Positions 30,718 through 39,843 of a DNA stretch of 64,000 nt are shown piece by piece. Position 1 is the first letter of the stretch, and each line of letters starts with the position of its first letter. The position numbers were made by a program, and so were the translations under genes. Under the pieces are notes generated by a model. It was not told where the DNA came from, made no database searches, and saw nothing but the letters and a program-made list of their open reading frames with translations. This DNA comes from a candidate division WOR-3 bacterium (GTDB lineage: Bacteria > Hydrothermota > Tepidihabitantia > Tepidihabitantales > Tepidihabitantaceae): contig JAOABP010000005.1 of the NCBI GenBank assembly GCA_026418295.1, positions 100,864 to 164,863 of the forward strand, in the 5' to 3' direction.

Positions 30718-31818
30718 GTGAAATTGAGATTCTGGAAAGTACTGTTCAGCCTACTTGCCGGTGGAACCGGTGCATTTGCCAGTGTGCCGGTGCGAAACTG
30801 GTGGGGCGAGGAGCTGAGTGCTGAACCCTCAGCCATATTCCTTTATCCTTCAAAACTGACGGGTTACCGCGGAGCGGCGGTCTTTGCCGGACTGGGCAGC
30901 AGCATGCTGAGTGAGGAGCGGACCCGGCTGGTGTACGACCAGTTTGAAAATACGATCGGCGAGGCGGCGTATGCGGATAACATCAGCTGGTCGCTGCATT
31001 TCGGACCTTTTGCCGGTGTTTATCGCTGGAGGGGGTTCGGTTTCGGCGCCGGGCTGACACAGGTCCGGGATTTCAGCTATCAGTACCTGAAGGAATATCT
31101 GGACGATTTTTATGTGAAAATCGGTGAGGACCGGGTTGAGCAGTCAGGCGGCATCTGGACCGGAGCGCTTGCGGTCGGATACAGTCCGGTTTCGTGGCTT
31201 GAGATCGGTGCCGGAGGAAGATATCTTTATGGTCAGCGCAGACTGGAACTGGTTCACATCCGGGTGCCGGAGACATCAGCGGTCAGCCTGAAAAGCAGCA
31301 TCAGGGGTGCGGGCTGGCAGGCGGGTGCGGGGTTTGTTTCCCGCGCTGGCTGGAGGGTGGATGCGTGTTACCAGTCTGCGATCCGTTCTGGCAGCGGGGA
31401 TTCAGACACAATCAGGAAGCTGCCCTGGTGTGCCGGTATCGCTGCGGAATTGAATGTCCCGGGTGTACTGCCAGCGAGAATGCTTGCCGAGGCAAAGCTG
31501 TCCGGCTGGTCTGAAGTGGATTCCGGTTTCCGGAATGTGCTGAGCGTGCGGGCGGGGATTGAACACCGGCTGCTCAATCGGGTGCGGATGAGTTACGGGT
31601 TCGGTGTTGACCCGCTCTTTTCCAATTCCGCAGTGCACCGGCTTCTGGGGCGGTTCGGGCTTGGGTTTGATATCAGCCGGCTGCGGCTGGATTTTAATCT
31701 TCAGGCGAGCCGGGAAGAACTTGATGCCGGAGATTTTGCCCTGCCGGTGGAACCGGCAGACATCCGGGTTTATCAGGACCGAATCGGTCTGACGCTTAAT
31801 TTTCGTTATGATATTTAG
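30718..31818 (+). CDS. Probable outer-membrane beta-barrel protein (FadL-like)
   Basis: Signal peptide (AFA); alternating aromatic/Gly strands; ends FRYDI. Confidence 0.55.
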   Translation: MKLRFWKVLFSLLAGGTGAFASVPVRNWWGEELSAEPSAIFLYPSKLTGYRGAAVFAGLGSSMLSEERTRLVYDQFENTIGEAAYADNISWSLHFGPFAGVYRWRGFGFGAGLTQVRDFSYQYLKEYLDDFYVKIGEDRVEQSGGIWTGALAVGYSPVSWLEIGAGGRYLYGQRRLELVHIRVPETSAVSLKSSIRGAGWQAGAGFVSRAGWRVDACYQSAIRSGSGDSDTIRKLPWCAGIAAELNVPGVLPARMLAEAKLSGWSEVDSGFRNVLSVRAGIEHRLLNRVRMSYGFGVDPLFSNSAVHRLLGRFGLGFDISRLRLDFNLQASREELDAGDFALPVEPADIRVYQDRIGLTLNFRYDI

Positions 31819-31824
31819 GGGCTG

Positions 31825-33363
31825 ATGGAAAGAAGACAGGTGAAGTTCTGCCGTTTCTGGCTGTTTGTCAGTCTGCTGCTGGTCACCAGTACAGCTGATG
31901 CCGGAGTTCAGCATCTGATTATTGTCCATACCAATGATATTCACGGTGCACTCCTCCCGGCTGAGGCTTACTGGCTGGACAACAACTTTCCGCCCCCGCT
32001 GGCTAACGCCGCAGGAGCGCTGACTGTAATTCGGGAGTTGCGGGATTCAGCGGTTCGGCACGGATACGGATTTCTGCTGCTGGATGGTGGTGATATCTTC
32101 AAGGGAACACCGGTAGGGGATTTCACCCGCGGCCAGGCGGTCATCGACTTTTTCCGGCAGGCAGGGTATGATGCGGTTGCGCCCGGCAATCACGATTTTG
32201 ATTTCGGCTGGCAGGTACTGAAGGAGATTGCCGACTCATCACGGATCCCCTGGATTGCCACCAATGTCCGGGTACCGGATGGCGACAGTCCGCCCGGTTA
32301 TCTGAAGCGGAGTCATATCTTTGAGCGTGGCGGTATCAAGATCGGCATCCTGGGGGTTCTGACCAAGTATCTCTACGGTATGGTGAACGAGTCGTTGACG
32401 GGCGGGCTTGATATTCTGCCTTATTATGATGTTGTCCGGGAGGAGGTAGCGAGGCTGCGGGAAGCCGGTGCTGAGATTGTGATTGCGCTGAATCATATCG
32501 GTTACACCCACGATCAGCGGTTTGCCGATTCAGTATCCGGTGTGGATGTGATTATCGGTGCCCACAGCCATACCGGTGTTGAGCCGCCTTATGAGAGTCC
32601 GAAAAACCATGTCATCATCCAGCAGGCGTATTCAAAACTGAGTTCAATCGGGGTGCTGGATATCAGCTTTGACACCGGAAGCCGGCGGATTTTAGGTTAT
32701 CAGGGCCGGTTGATTGATCTGCTCGCCGATGAGGTGCCCATGGATTCTATTTATGCCCGGCGGCTGGATTCAATCCGGCAGGTTGCGGAAAAGGGGTTTG
32801 ACGAGGTTCTGGGGTATGCCCGGCGCGAGCTGACCCGGGGCGGATTTACCGAAACCCCGATGGGCAATCTGATTACCGATGCCATGCGGGAGCGTTTCGG
32901 GACGGAAATTGCGGTGCACAATTCCGCCGGTATCCGGGCAAACATCCCTGCCGGTCCGGTGACCTATCGCCACATTTATCAGGTGGATGTTTTCGGCAAT
33001 ACCGTGGTTACCGGCAGGTACACGGGCAGACAGATCAAGGAGATTCTGGAGGTGTCGGTAAACGGACATCACGCCATCTTTCAGGTTTCAGGGGTGAGAA
33101 TGAAATACACGCTGAACCGGCCGATCGGGAAAAGGGTGCTGTGGGTTGAAGTCAATGGTGCCCCGCTTGACTCGAACCGGATTTATACTCTGGCAACCAA
33201 TTCCTACCTGGCGTCCGGAACCGGTGAATACCACATCTTTGCTGAGGGGGTTGATCTGGAGGACAGCTTTCTGCCGTTGCGCGATGTGCTGGCAGACTAC
33301 ATCCGGCGTCATTCTCCGGTGGATGCCAGAATCGAGGGCAGAATTGTGCTGATTGACCGATGA
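31825..33363 (+). CDS. Secreted 5'-nucleotidase/UDP-sugar hydrolase (UshA family)
   Basis: HTNDIHG, DGGD, GNHDFD, GAHSH, C-terminal 5'-nucleotidase domain; signal peptide. Confidence 0.9.
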   Translation: MERRQVKFCRFWLFVSLLLVTSTADAGVQHLIIVHTNDIHGALLPAEAYWLDNNFPPPLANAAGALTVIRELRDSAVRHGYGFLLLDGGDIFKGTPVGDFTRGQAVIDFFRQAGYDAVAPGNHDFDFGWQVLKEIADSSRIPWIATNVRVPDGDSPPGYLKRSHIFERGGIKIGILGVLTKYLYGMVNESLTGGLDILPYYDVVREEVARLREAGAEIVIALNHIGYTHDQRFADSVSGVDVIIGAHSHTGVEPPYESPKNHVIIQQAYSKLSSIGVLDISFDTGSRRILGYQGRLIDLLADEVPMDSIYARRLDSIRQVAEKGFDEVLGYARRELTRGGFTETPMGNLITDAMRERFGTEIAVHNSAGIRANIPAGPVTYRHIYQVDVFGNTVVTGRYTGRQIKEILEVSVNGHHAIFQVSGVRMKYTLNRPIGKRVLWVEVNGAPLDSNRIYTLATNSYLASGTGEYHIFAEGVDLEDSFLPLRDVLADYIRRHSPVDARIEGRIVLIDR

Positions 33364-34982
33364 AAATCTGGCAGTTGAAACCGGCGGACGAAAGGCAGAT
33401 TCAGAGTGTGGCCGAGGGTTGTGGTATTTCCCGGGAGTTTGCCCGGATGCTGGTCGTGCGGGGGGTTACGACCAGAGATGATGTGCGTATCTGGCTGAAC
33501 CCGCGTCTCTCCGATCTCCATCCCAGCGAGCTCCTGCCGGATTTCGATGCCGCAGTGCACCGGATTCAGCAGGCGATCGCTCACCGGGAGCGGATTCTGG
33601 TCTGGGGGCATGATGACCTGGACGGGATCACCGCGGTTCTGGTCATGGTGAAGGTGCTGAGCAGTCTGCAGGCGAATGTTGATTATCATATTCCGGTAAA
33701 GGGCAGGGATAAGCATGGACTTGATGCCCGGCTGGTGGCAGGTCTGCCGGCAGAAAGGAAACCGGGGCTGATCATCACGGTTGACTGCGGAATTTCCAAT
33801 CACAGCGATATTGCCGAGCTGAGACAGCAGGGGGTGGAGGTGATCGTCACAGATCATCATGAGGTGGTCATGCCTTTGCCGCCAGCGCTGGCGGTAGTGG
33901 ATCCGAAGCGCAGTGACAGCGAATATCCCTACGGACAGCTGACCGGTGCGGGCGTGGCACTGAAGCTGATGATGGGACTGGTGGCACACCGGCTCGGATT
34001 GAGCGTCACTCAGTTTGTTTCCGCTCAGCCGGAGCTGCTGGAGCTGGTGACACTGGGGACGGTGGCTGACCGGGCGCCCCTGACCGGTGAAAACCGCATT
34101 CTGGTGAAGCTGGGGTTTGACCGGCTGATGAAGACCAGGCTGCCGGCGCTGCGCGCGGTGCTGGACAATCTGAGAGAGGGGAATGAACCGTTGACGGTAT
34201 CAACATTTCTTACCGAGCTGCTGCCGCTGTTTGCCGCGGCGAACGGCAGTGAAGGGGTGAGGAAATTTCTTTCCCGGGATCTGGCGGAAGTGCAGGCGTG
34301 GGTGAAAGAATTGACAGTCCGCAGTCAGGAGTGGCGGCAGGAGGCGGAAAGGACATTTCAGCTGGCACAGGCGCATGTCCGGCTCGGTGACGGCATTCTG
34401 TTCGTTCAGCATCCGGAGCTCTCGCTCCGGGCGCTGGGTTTCAGTGCGGCACGGTTGAAGGACCGGTATCAGGTGCCGGCAATTGTCATCGGCCGGCGGG
34501 ATGATGTCTGGGTCGGGGAGTGCCGGGGTATTGAGGGCGTGGATCTGATGGAGCTTTTGCGTGCCCACCGCAACTTCTTTATTGATTTCGGCGGGCACAA
34601 GAAGGCAGCCGGATTTACCATCAGCCCGGACCGGGTGGATGAGTTCATTGTTTCGGCAGAGCGATTCGCCCACGAAAACTTTGCCGGCAGAATCATGCCG
34701 GAGAATCAGCTGACGGCAGATGCTGAGCTGCCACTTTCCCGGTTCAATACTGAGATCTGCCGGCTGGCACCGTTTGGGGAAGGTAACCCGGAACCGGTTC
34801 TGATTTCCGAGCCGGTCCGCCTGATTCCCCAAGAGAAGGGATTTGTGCCTGAGACCCGCCCGGATTTGATCCTTTGCTGCCGTCGGGGCGGCATGGAGAT
34901 TCAGCCGGAGATTTCTTATTCGGTACTGTATTCCGTTGATGACCTGTGCCGGCTCTGGCTCGTTGATCTTCAGCCCGTATAA
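33360..34982 (+). CDS. recJ: RecJ-like DHH ssDNA exonuclease
   Basis: DDLDG, TVDCG, TDHH, GGHKKAAG, APFGEGNPEP; central region is shortened and divergent. Confidence 0.8.
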   Translation: MKIWQLKPADERQIQSVAEGCGISREFARMLVVRGVTTRDDVRIWLNPRLSDLHPSELLPDFDAAVHRIQQAIAHRERILVWGHDDLDGITAVLVMVKVLSSLQANVDYHIPVKGRDKHGLDARLVAGLPAERKPGLIITVDCGISNHSDIAELRQQGVEVIVTDHHEVVMPLPPALAVVDPKRSDSEYPYGQLTGAGVALKLMMGLVAHRLGLSVTQFVSAQPELLELVTLGTVADRAPLTGENRILVKLGFDRLMKTRLPALRAVLDNLREGNEPLTVSTFLTELLPLFAAANGSEGVRKFLSRDLAEVQAWVKELTVRSQEWRQEAERTFQLAQAHVRLGDGILFVQHPELSLRALGFSAARLKDRYQVPAIVIGRRDDVWVGECRGIEGVDLMELLRAHRNFFIDFGGHKKAAGFTISPDRVDEFIVSAERFAHENFAGRIMPENQLTADAELPLSRFNTEICRLAPFGEGNPEPVLISEPVRLIPQEKGFVPETRPDLILCCRRGGMEIQPEISYSVLYSVDDLCRLWLVDLQPV

Positions 34983-34987
34983 CTCCC

Positions 34988-36154
34988 GTGTCCCCGGCAA
35001 AAATTTCAATTACCCGCCGGAAATCGGCACGGGGCCATCTCTGGGTGTTCGCGGATGAGATCAGAAAAATTGAGGGGGAGCCTGAGAAAGGTGATCTGGT
35101 CCGGGTATATGAGCAGGGCAGGCTGATCGGTTCCGGGATGTTCAATCCTGATTCGCTGATCCGGGTCCGGCTTTACTCATTTCGGGATGAGGATCTGGAT
35201 GAGGAGCTGCTGATACAGCGGTTGACGGCAGCGCATCGGCGGCGCCAGCAGAAACTGCCTCAGGAACAGGATTTCCGGCTGGTATTCGGAGAGAGTGATT
35301 TTCTGCCCGGACTGGTGATCGACAAGTATGGTGATCACTTTGCGGTTCAGGTCTATGCTGCGGGCTTTGACCGCCGCATCGAAATGGTGGTCAGTGCGCT
35401 GTGCCGGCTGTTTCCGGTAAAGGCGATCTATGAGAAGGATGACATCAAGCTCCGGGAGCCCGAAGGGCTGGAGCGCCGGGAACGGCTGCTATACGGTCAG
35501 CCCGACCCGGACCTCATCATCTCGGAGAACGGTGTCCGGTTCTATGTGGACATCGCCGGCGGGCAGAAGACCGGTTATTTCTTTGACCACCGGCTCACCC
35601 GCAGGAAGGTCCGGCGTCTGGCACGAAACCGCCGGGTGCTGGATGTGTTCTGCTACACCGGCTCTTTTGCAATCAATGCGGCACTGGGCGGGGCAACCGA
35701 GGTGATTGCGGTTGATATTTCGTCCGAAGCCTGCCGCTGGGCAGAGCGTAACGCCCGCCTGAACGGAGTTGAGGGCAGGTGCCGGTTTGTCACCGCCGAT
35801 GCCTTTGAATACCTGCAGGAACTGCTGGCATGCGGTGAGCGGTTTGACCTGGTCAATCTTGATCCGCCCGCATTTATCAAGAGCCAGAAGCAGAAGCCGT
35901 CCGGGATCAAGGGATATGAGAAGATCAACCGGCTGGCACTGGCACTGCTGAAACCCGGCGGGATTCTGGTTTCTTCATCCTGTTCCCATTATCTGTTCTG
36001 GCAGGACCTGCTGGATGTGGTCAGTAATGCCGCCGCAGAACTTAACCGGCAGTTTGTCATCCTTGACCGTTCCACTCAGGGGCCGGATCATCCGGTTCTG
36101 CCGCAGATGCCCGAATCCGAATACCTGCGCTGTCTCATTGTTCAGGTGAATTAG
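34988..36154 (+). CDS. RlmI-family PUA-domain SAM-dependent rRNA methyltransferase
   Basis: GHLWVF, GQKTGYFFD, LDVFCYTGSF, LDPPAF, SSCS. Confidence 0.88.
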   Translation: MSPAKISITRRKSARGHLWVFADEIRKIEGEPEKGDLVRVYEQGRLIGSGMFNPDSLIRVRLYSFRDEDLDEELLIQRLTAAHRRRQQKLPQEQDFRLVFGESDFLPGLVIDKYGDHFAVQVYAAGFDRRIEMVVSALCRLFPVKAIYEKDDIKLREPEGLERRERLLYGQPDPDLIISENGVRFYVDIAGGQKTGYFFDHRLTRRKVRRLARNRRVLDVFCYTGSFAINAALGGATEVIAVDISSEACRWAERNARLNGVEGRCRFVTADAFEYLQELLACGERFDLVNLDPPAFIKSQKQKPSGIKGYEKINRLALALLKPGGILVSSSCSHYLFWQDLLDVVSNAAAELNRQFVILDRSTQGPDHPVLPQMPESEYLRCLIVQVN

Positions 36155-36659
36155 ACTTGAAATTTCACCTTTCTGACGAAGACCGGTAATGATATCACCA
36201 GAACAGGAGCCGGCAGGAGGACACAGGTGACCGGCGAGAACACACTATGGGAAGCCGGGCAGACAGCAGAACCGAAAACCGGGGGCGAGATAGGGGTTGA
36301 ACTGGAATGCGGAGTCCGGCCGGGTTTGAGACCGGCGTCAGGCTTCAGATCGAGCGTCGGGGCAGGACCTGCAGCCGGACCAGGGCTAGCCCCCGGCTCC
36401 CCCCTCCGAAGCAAATTCCGGGTAAAAATTAGTTTAAGTTCCAGCCTGATAAGTACTTGGAGGCAGAAGTTAAACGGCACATCAATAAGATACCGGTGCG
36501 CAGGCAGAAGTGGAGGAGAGGTGGGTAAATGAGAGGTCCAGTTTAACCGGACACTTGGGCGGTTTGTTTCCGGTTGCGGTCAGACAGTCAATCTGCGGGT
36601 GTATTATTCCTTAAATTTTCTTGACTTGTGACCTTGCTGGTTTATCATTTTTTCTTAGC

Positions 36660-37052
36660 ATGAGTTCACAGGACAACTCCCAGCTTGTTTCCCAAATTGA
36701 AGAGTTGAGCGGTCAGCGAGTCAGTGACTGTTACCAGTGCGGATGCTGTACTGCGGGCTGTCCGGTCGGCGAGCTGATGGACCCGCCGCCGAGCCGGGCG
36801 ATCCGGCTGCTGCAGCTGGGCCGGGCGCAGGAGCTTTTGGCAAGTGAAGGTATCTGGGTGTGTGCGAGCTGTCTCGTGTGCGGGACCCGCTGTCCGCGCA
36901 ATGTGGATTATGCCAAAATTGCCGAGGCGTGCCGGGCACTGATTCTGCGGGCAAAGCGGAGTCAGGTTGATCCCGATGTGGTGGATGATCAGGACCTGCA
37001 GGATGTGCCTCAGCAGGCATTTATCGCCAGTTTCCGGAAGTTTTCGGTATGA
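36660..37052 (+). CDS. hdrC: Heterodisulfide reductase subunit C-like
   Basis: CYQCGCCTAGCP and WVCASCLVCGTRCP; start placed at ATG 36660. Confidence 0.88.
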   Translation: MSSQDNSQLVSQIEELSGQRVSDCYQCGCCTAGCPVGELMDPPPSRAIRLLQLGRAQELLASEGIWVCASCLVCGTRCPRNVDYAKIAEACRALILRAKRSQVDPDVVDDQDLQDVPQQAFIASFRKFSV

Positions 37053-37906
37053 AATATCCCTACTATCCAGGCTGTACCCTTTATTCCAAGGCAAGGAATC
37101 TTGACCGGTGCGGCCGGCTCGCAGCGGCGCGGGCCGGTTTTGAGCTTGAGGAGCTGCCCTCGTGGAACTGCTGTGGCGCAATTTACAACACCAATACTGA
37201 TGATCTGGCAGCTCAGGTCGGACCGGTTCGCGTGCTGGCCAAGGCAAGTCAGCAGGGCAGACGGCTGGTGACCCTGTGCGCCGCCTGTTACAATGTGCTG
37301 AAGCGGGCAAATGAGCGACTCCATGCCACCGGTTTTGAGCAGGACCGGCAGCGGATTCTGGAGTTTGTTGATGAGCCGTTTGAGCAGGATGTTGAGGTTG
37401 TGCATTACCTTGAGGTGCTCAAGGAGCTGGGCTGGGATGCGATCCGGCAGCGGGTGGTGCGTTCGCTGAACGGTCTGAAGGTGGCATCCTACTACGGCTG
37501 TCTGATGGTGAGACCCAGGGAGGTGCTGAAGTTTGACGATCCGGAGAACCCGGTGGTGATGGATGAGCTGATGGCGACATTGGGGGGAGAGCCGGTGCGG
37601 TTTGATTTCAAGGCGGAGTGCTGTGGCGGGTATCTGGTGATAAACCGCCGGGCGGTTGCCGATGCCTGTTCCCTGCGGGTGGTGGAGAATGCCCGGACCT
37701 GGGGAGCGGAGGCAATTGTGACCACCTGTCCGCTCTGCCAGTACAATCTGGAGAGCGCCCAGTTGCGCCGGGGAACGGTATTGACGCCGGTTTTTTATTT
37801 CACTCAGATTCTCGGTCTGGCGCTGGGACTGGAGCCGGCAGAGCTGGGCTTTGAGGATAACAAACTGGACCCGGTGCCGTTTCTGAAGGAGAAGGGGCTC
37901 TTGTGA
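37049..37906 (+). CDS. hdrB: Heterodisulfide reductase subunit B-like
   Basis: Two complete CCG domains: YPGC/NCCG/CAAC and YYGC/CCGG/CPLC. Confidence 0.92.
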   Translation: MKYPYYPGCTLYSKARNLDRCGRLAAARAGFELEELPSWNCCGAIYNTNTDDLAAQVGPVRVLAKASQQGRRLVTLCAACYNVLKRANERLHATGFEQDRQRILEFVDEPFEQDVEVVHYLEVLKELGWDAIRQRVVRSLNGLKVASYYGCLMVRPREVLKFDDPENPVVMDELMATLGGEPVRFDFKAECCGGYLVINRRAVADACSLRVVENARTWGAEAIVTTCPLCQYNLESAQLRRGTVLTPVFYFTQILGLALGLEPAELGFEDNKLDPVPFLKEKGLL

Positions 37907-39843
37907 AGCGCCGGATCGGAGTCTTTGTCTGTCACTGCGGGATCAACATTGCGGGTGTGGTGAAGGTGCCGGAGCTGGTTGAGCGGGCAAAAAATATTCC
38001 CGGGGTGGTGACGGCGCTGGATTATGTCTACTGCTGTTCGGATCCGGGACAGCGGTTGATCCGGGAGACAATTCAGAAGGAGCGGCTGGAGGGGATTGTG
38101 GTTGCCTGCTGTTCGCCCAATCTCCATGAGGCAACCTTCCGCAAGGCGGCAGCCGAAGCCGGACTCAATCCGTATCTCTGTGAAATTGCCAATATCCGGG
38201 AGCAGTGCTCCTGGGTGACTTCAGACCGGGATGCTGCCACTGAGAAGGCGGAGGGTATTGTCAGGACGATGGTGGCAAAGGTGAGCCATGATCAGCCGCT
38301 TGTCCGGCTTGGTGTGCCGATTGTCAAGCGGGCGCTGGTGGTTGGAGCAGGAATTGCCGGCATCCAGGCGGCGCTGGACATTGCCAACGCCGGATATGAG
38401 GTGGTGCTGGTGGAGAAGGAGCCGTCAATCGGCGGACACATGGCTCAGCTTTCCGAGACCTTTCCGACGCTCGACTGCTCCCAGTGCATTCTGACCCCGA
38501 AGACGGTGGAGGCGGGCCGTCATCCGAAAATCAGGCTTCTGACCTATTCCGAGGTTGCCGAGGTCTCCGGGTTTGTGGGCAATTTCCGGGTGAAGATCCG
38601 GCAGAAGCCGCGCTATGTTGACCTTGACGCCTGCACCGGCTGTGGCATCTGTCTGGAGAAGTGTCCGGTGCGGGTGGAGTCGGTGTTTGACCGGAATCTG
38701 ACCCGGCGCCGGGCGATCTATCGGCTCTTTCCGCAGGCGGTGCCGAACAAGGTGGTGATTGATGCCCAACACTGCCGGCAGTTGCAGGGCAAAAAATGCG
38801 GGGTGTGTGCCAAGGTCTGTCCGGCGCAGGCAATCCGGTATGATGACCAGGAGCGGATTGTTGAGGAGGAGGTAGGGGCGATCGTGCTTGCTACCGGCTA
38901 TGAGCTTTTTGACAGCCGCCGGCTCGGTGCCTACGGGCTCGGGGTGGTGCCGGATGTAATTGACAGTCTCGCCTTTGAGCGCATCCTTTCCGCCTCCGGA
39001 CCGTTTGCCGGTGAGGTGCGCCGGCCTTCGGATGGCAGGGTGCCCAAGCGGGTGGTCTTTGTCCAGTGTGCCGGTTCCCGGGATTCAAATCAGGGTGTGC
39101 CCTACTGTTCGAAGATCTGCTGCATGTATACCGCCAAGCATGCCCTGCTTTACCGGCACCGGGTGCATGATGGTGAGGCGGTTGTCTGCTATATTGATGT
39201 CCGGACCCCGGGAAAGGGGTTTGAGGAGTTTTACCGCCGGGCAACGGATGAAGGTGTCCAGTATCTCCGGGGTAAGGTGTCCAAGATCTTCCGGCGCGGA
39301 GACCGGGTGGTGGTCTGGGCTGCGGATACGCTGGCGGGCAAGAAGCTGGAGATTGAGGCGGATATGGTGGTGCTGGCGAGTGCGGTGGTGCCCAATCCTG
39401 ACGGTGTAGCGCTGGCACGCAGGCTGAAGATACCGGTTGACGGCTGGGGGTTTCTGTCTGAAGCCCACCCGAAACTCCGGCCGGTGGAGACCCTGACCGC
39501 CGGTTTCTTCCTCTGCGGTTGCGGTCAGGGACCGAAGGACATCCCCGAGACGGTGGCACAGGCGTCAGGTGCTGCTGCCAAGGTGCTGGCGATGTTCGGC
39601 CAGAGTGAGCTGTATCATGAGCCGGTGACCGCAGTGGTGGATGAGGAGATTTGCGTCGGGTGCGGCAACTGTGAGCGCACCTGTGCCTATGAGGCGGTCC
39701 GGGTTGATCCGCACCGCGGCAAGGCGGTGGTGCAGGCGGTGATGTGTGAAGGGTGTGGTGCCTGTTCGGTTGCCTGCCCGGCAGGAGCGATCAACCTGAA
39801 GAACTTCACCAAGCAGTCGCTGACCGAAATGGTGGATGTATGA
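37903..39843 (+). CDS. hdrA: Heterodisulfide reductase subunit A (canonical single module)
   Basis: VFVCHCG, TFPTLDC, QCAGSRD, CSKICC, GFEEFY, PKDIPE, ferredoxin inserts. Confidence 0.93.
   Translation: MKRRIGVFVCHCGINIAGVVKVPELVERAKNIPGVVTALDYVYCCSDPGQRLIRETIQKERLEGIVVACCSPNLHEATFRKAAAEAGLNPYLCEIANIREQCSWVTSDRDAATEKAEGIVRTMVAKVSHDQPLVRLGVPIVKRALVVGAGIAGIQAALDIANAGYEVVLVEKEPSIGGHMAQLSETFPTLDCSQCILTPKTVEAGRHPKIRLLTYSEVAEVSGFVGNFRVKIRQKPRYVDLDACTGCGICLEKCPVRVESVFDRNLTRRRAIYRLFPQAVPNKVVIDAQHCRQLQGKKCGVCAKVCPAQAIRYDDQERIVEEEVGAIVLATGYELFDSRRLGAYGLGVVPDVIDSLAFERILSASGPFAGEVRRPSDGRVPKRVVFVQCAGSRDSNQGVPYCSKICCMYTAKHALLYRHRVHDGEAVVCYIDVRTPGKGFEEFYRRATDEGVQYLRGKVSKIFRRGDRVVVWAADTLAGKKLEIEADMVVLASAVVPNPDGVALARRLKIPVDGWGFLSEAHPKLRPVETLTAGFFLCGCGQGPKDIPETVAQASGAAAKVLAMFGQSELYHEPVTAVVDEEICVGCGNCERTCAYEAVRVDPHRGKAVVQAVMCEGCGACSVACPAGAINLKNFTKQSLTEMVDV

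Noticed and set aside
36280-36420. tmRNA- or RNase P-like appearance (GGGGGCGA start)
   Set aside because: No GGTTCGA..CCA 3' end and no GAGGAAAGTCC core on either strand.
39753-39843. ORF-track start at 39753 and possible selenocysteine readthrough of TGA 39841 fusing the two hdrA genes
   Set aside because: ATG 39840 forms a standard ATGA overlap, the genes are in different frames, and the TGA is at a normal C-terminus rather than a Cys position. MvhD and HdrA motifs all use Cys.
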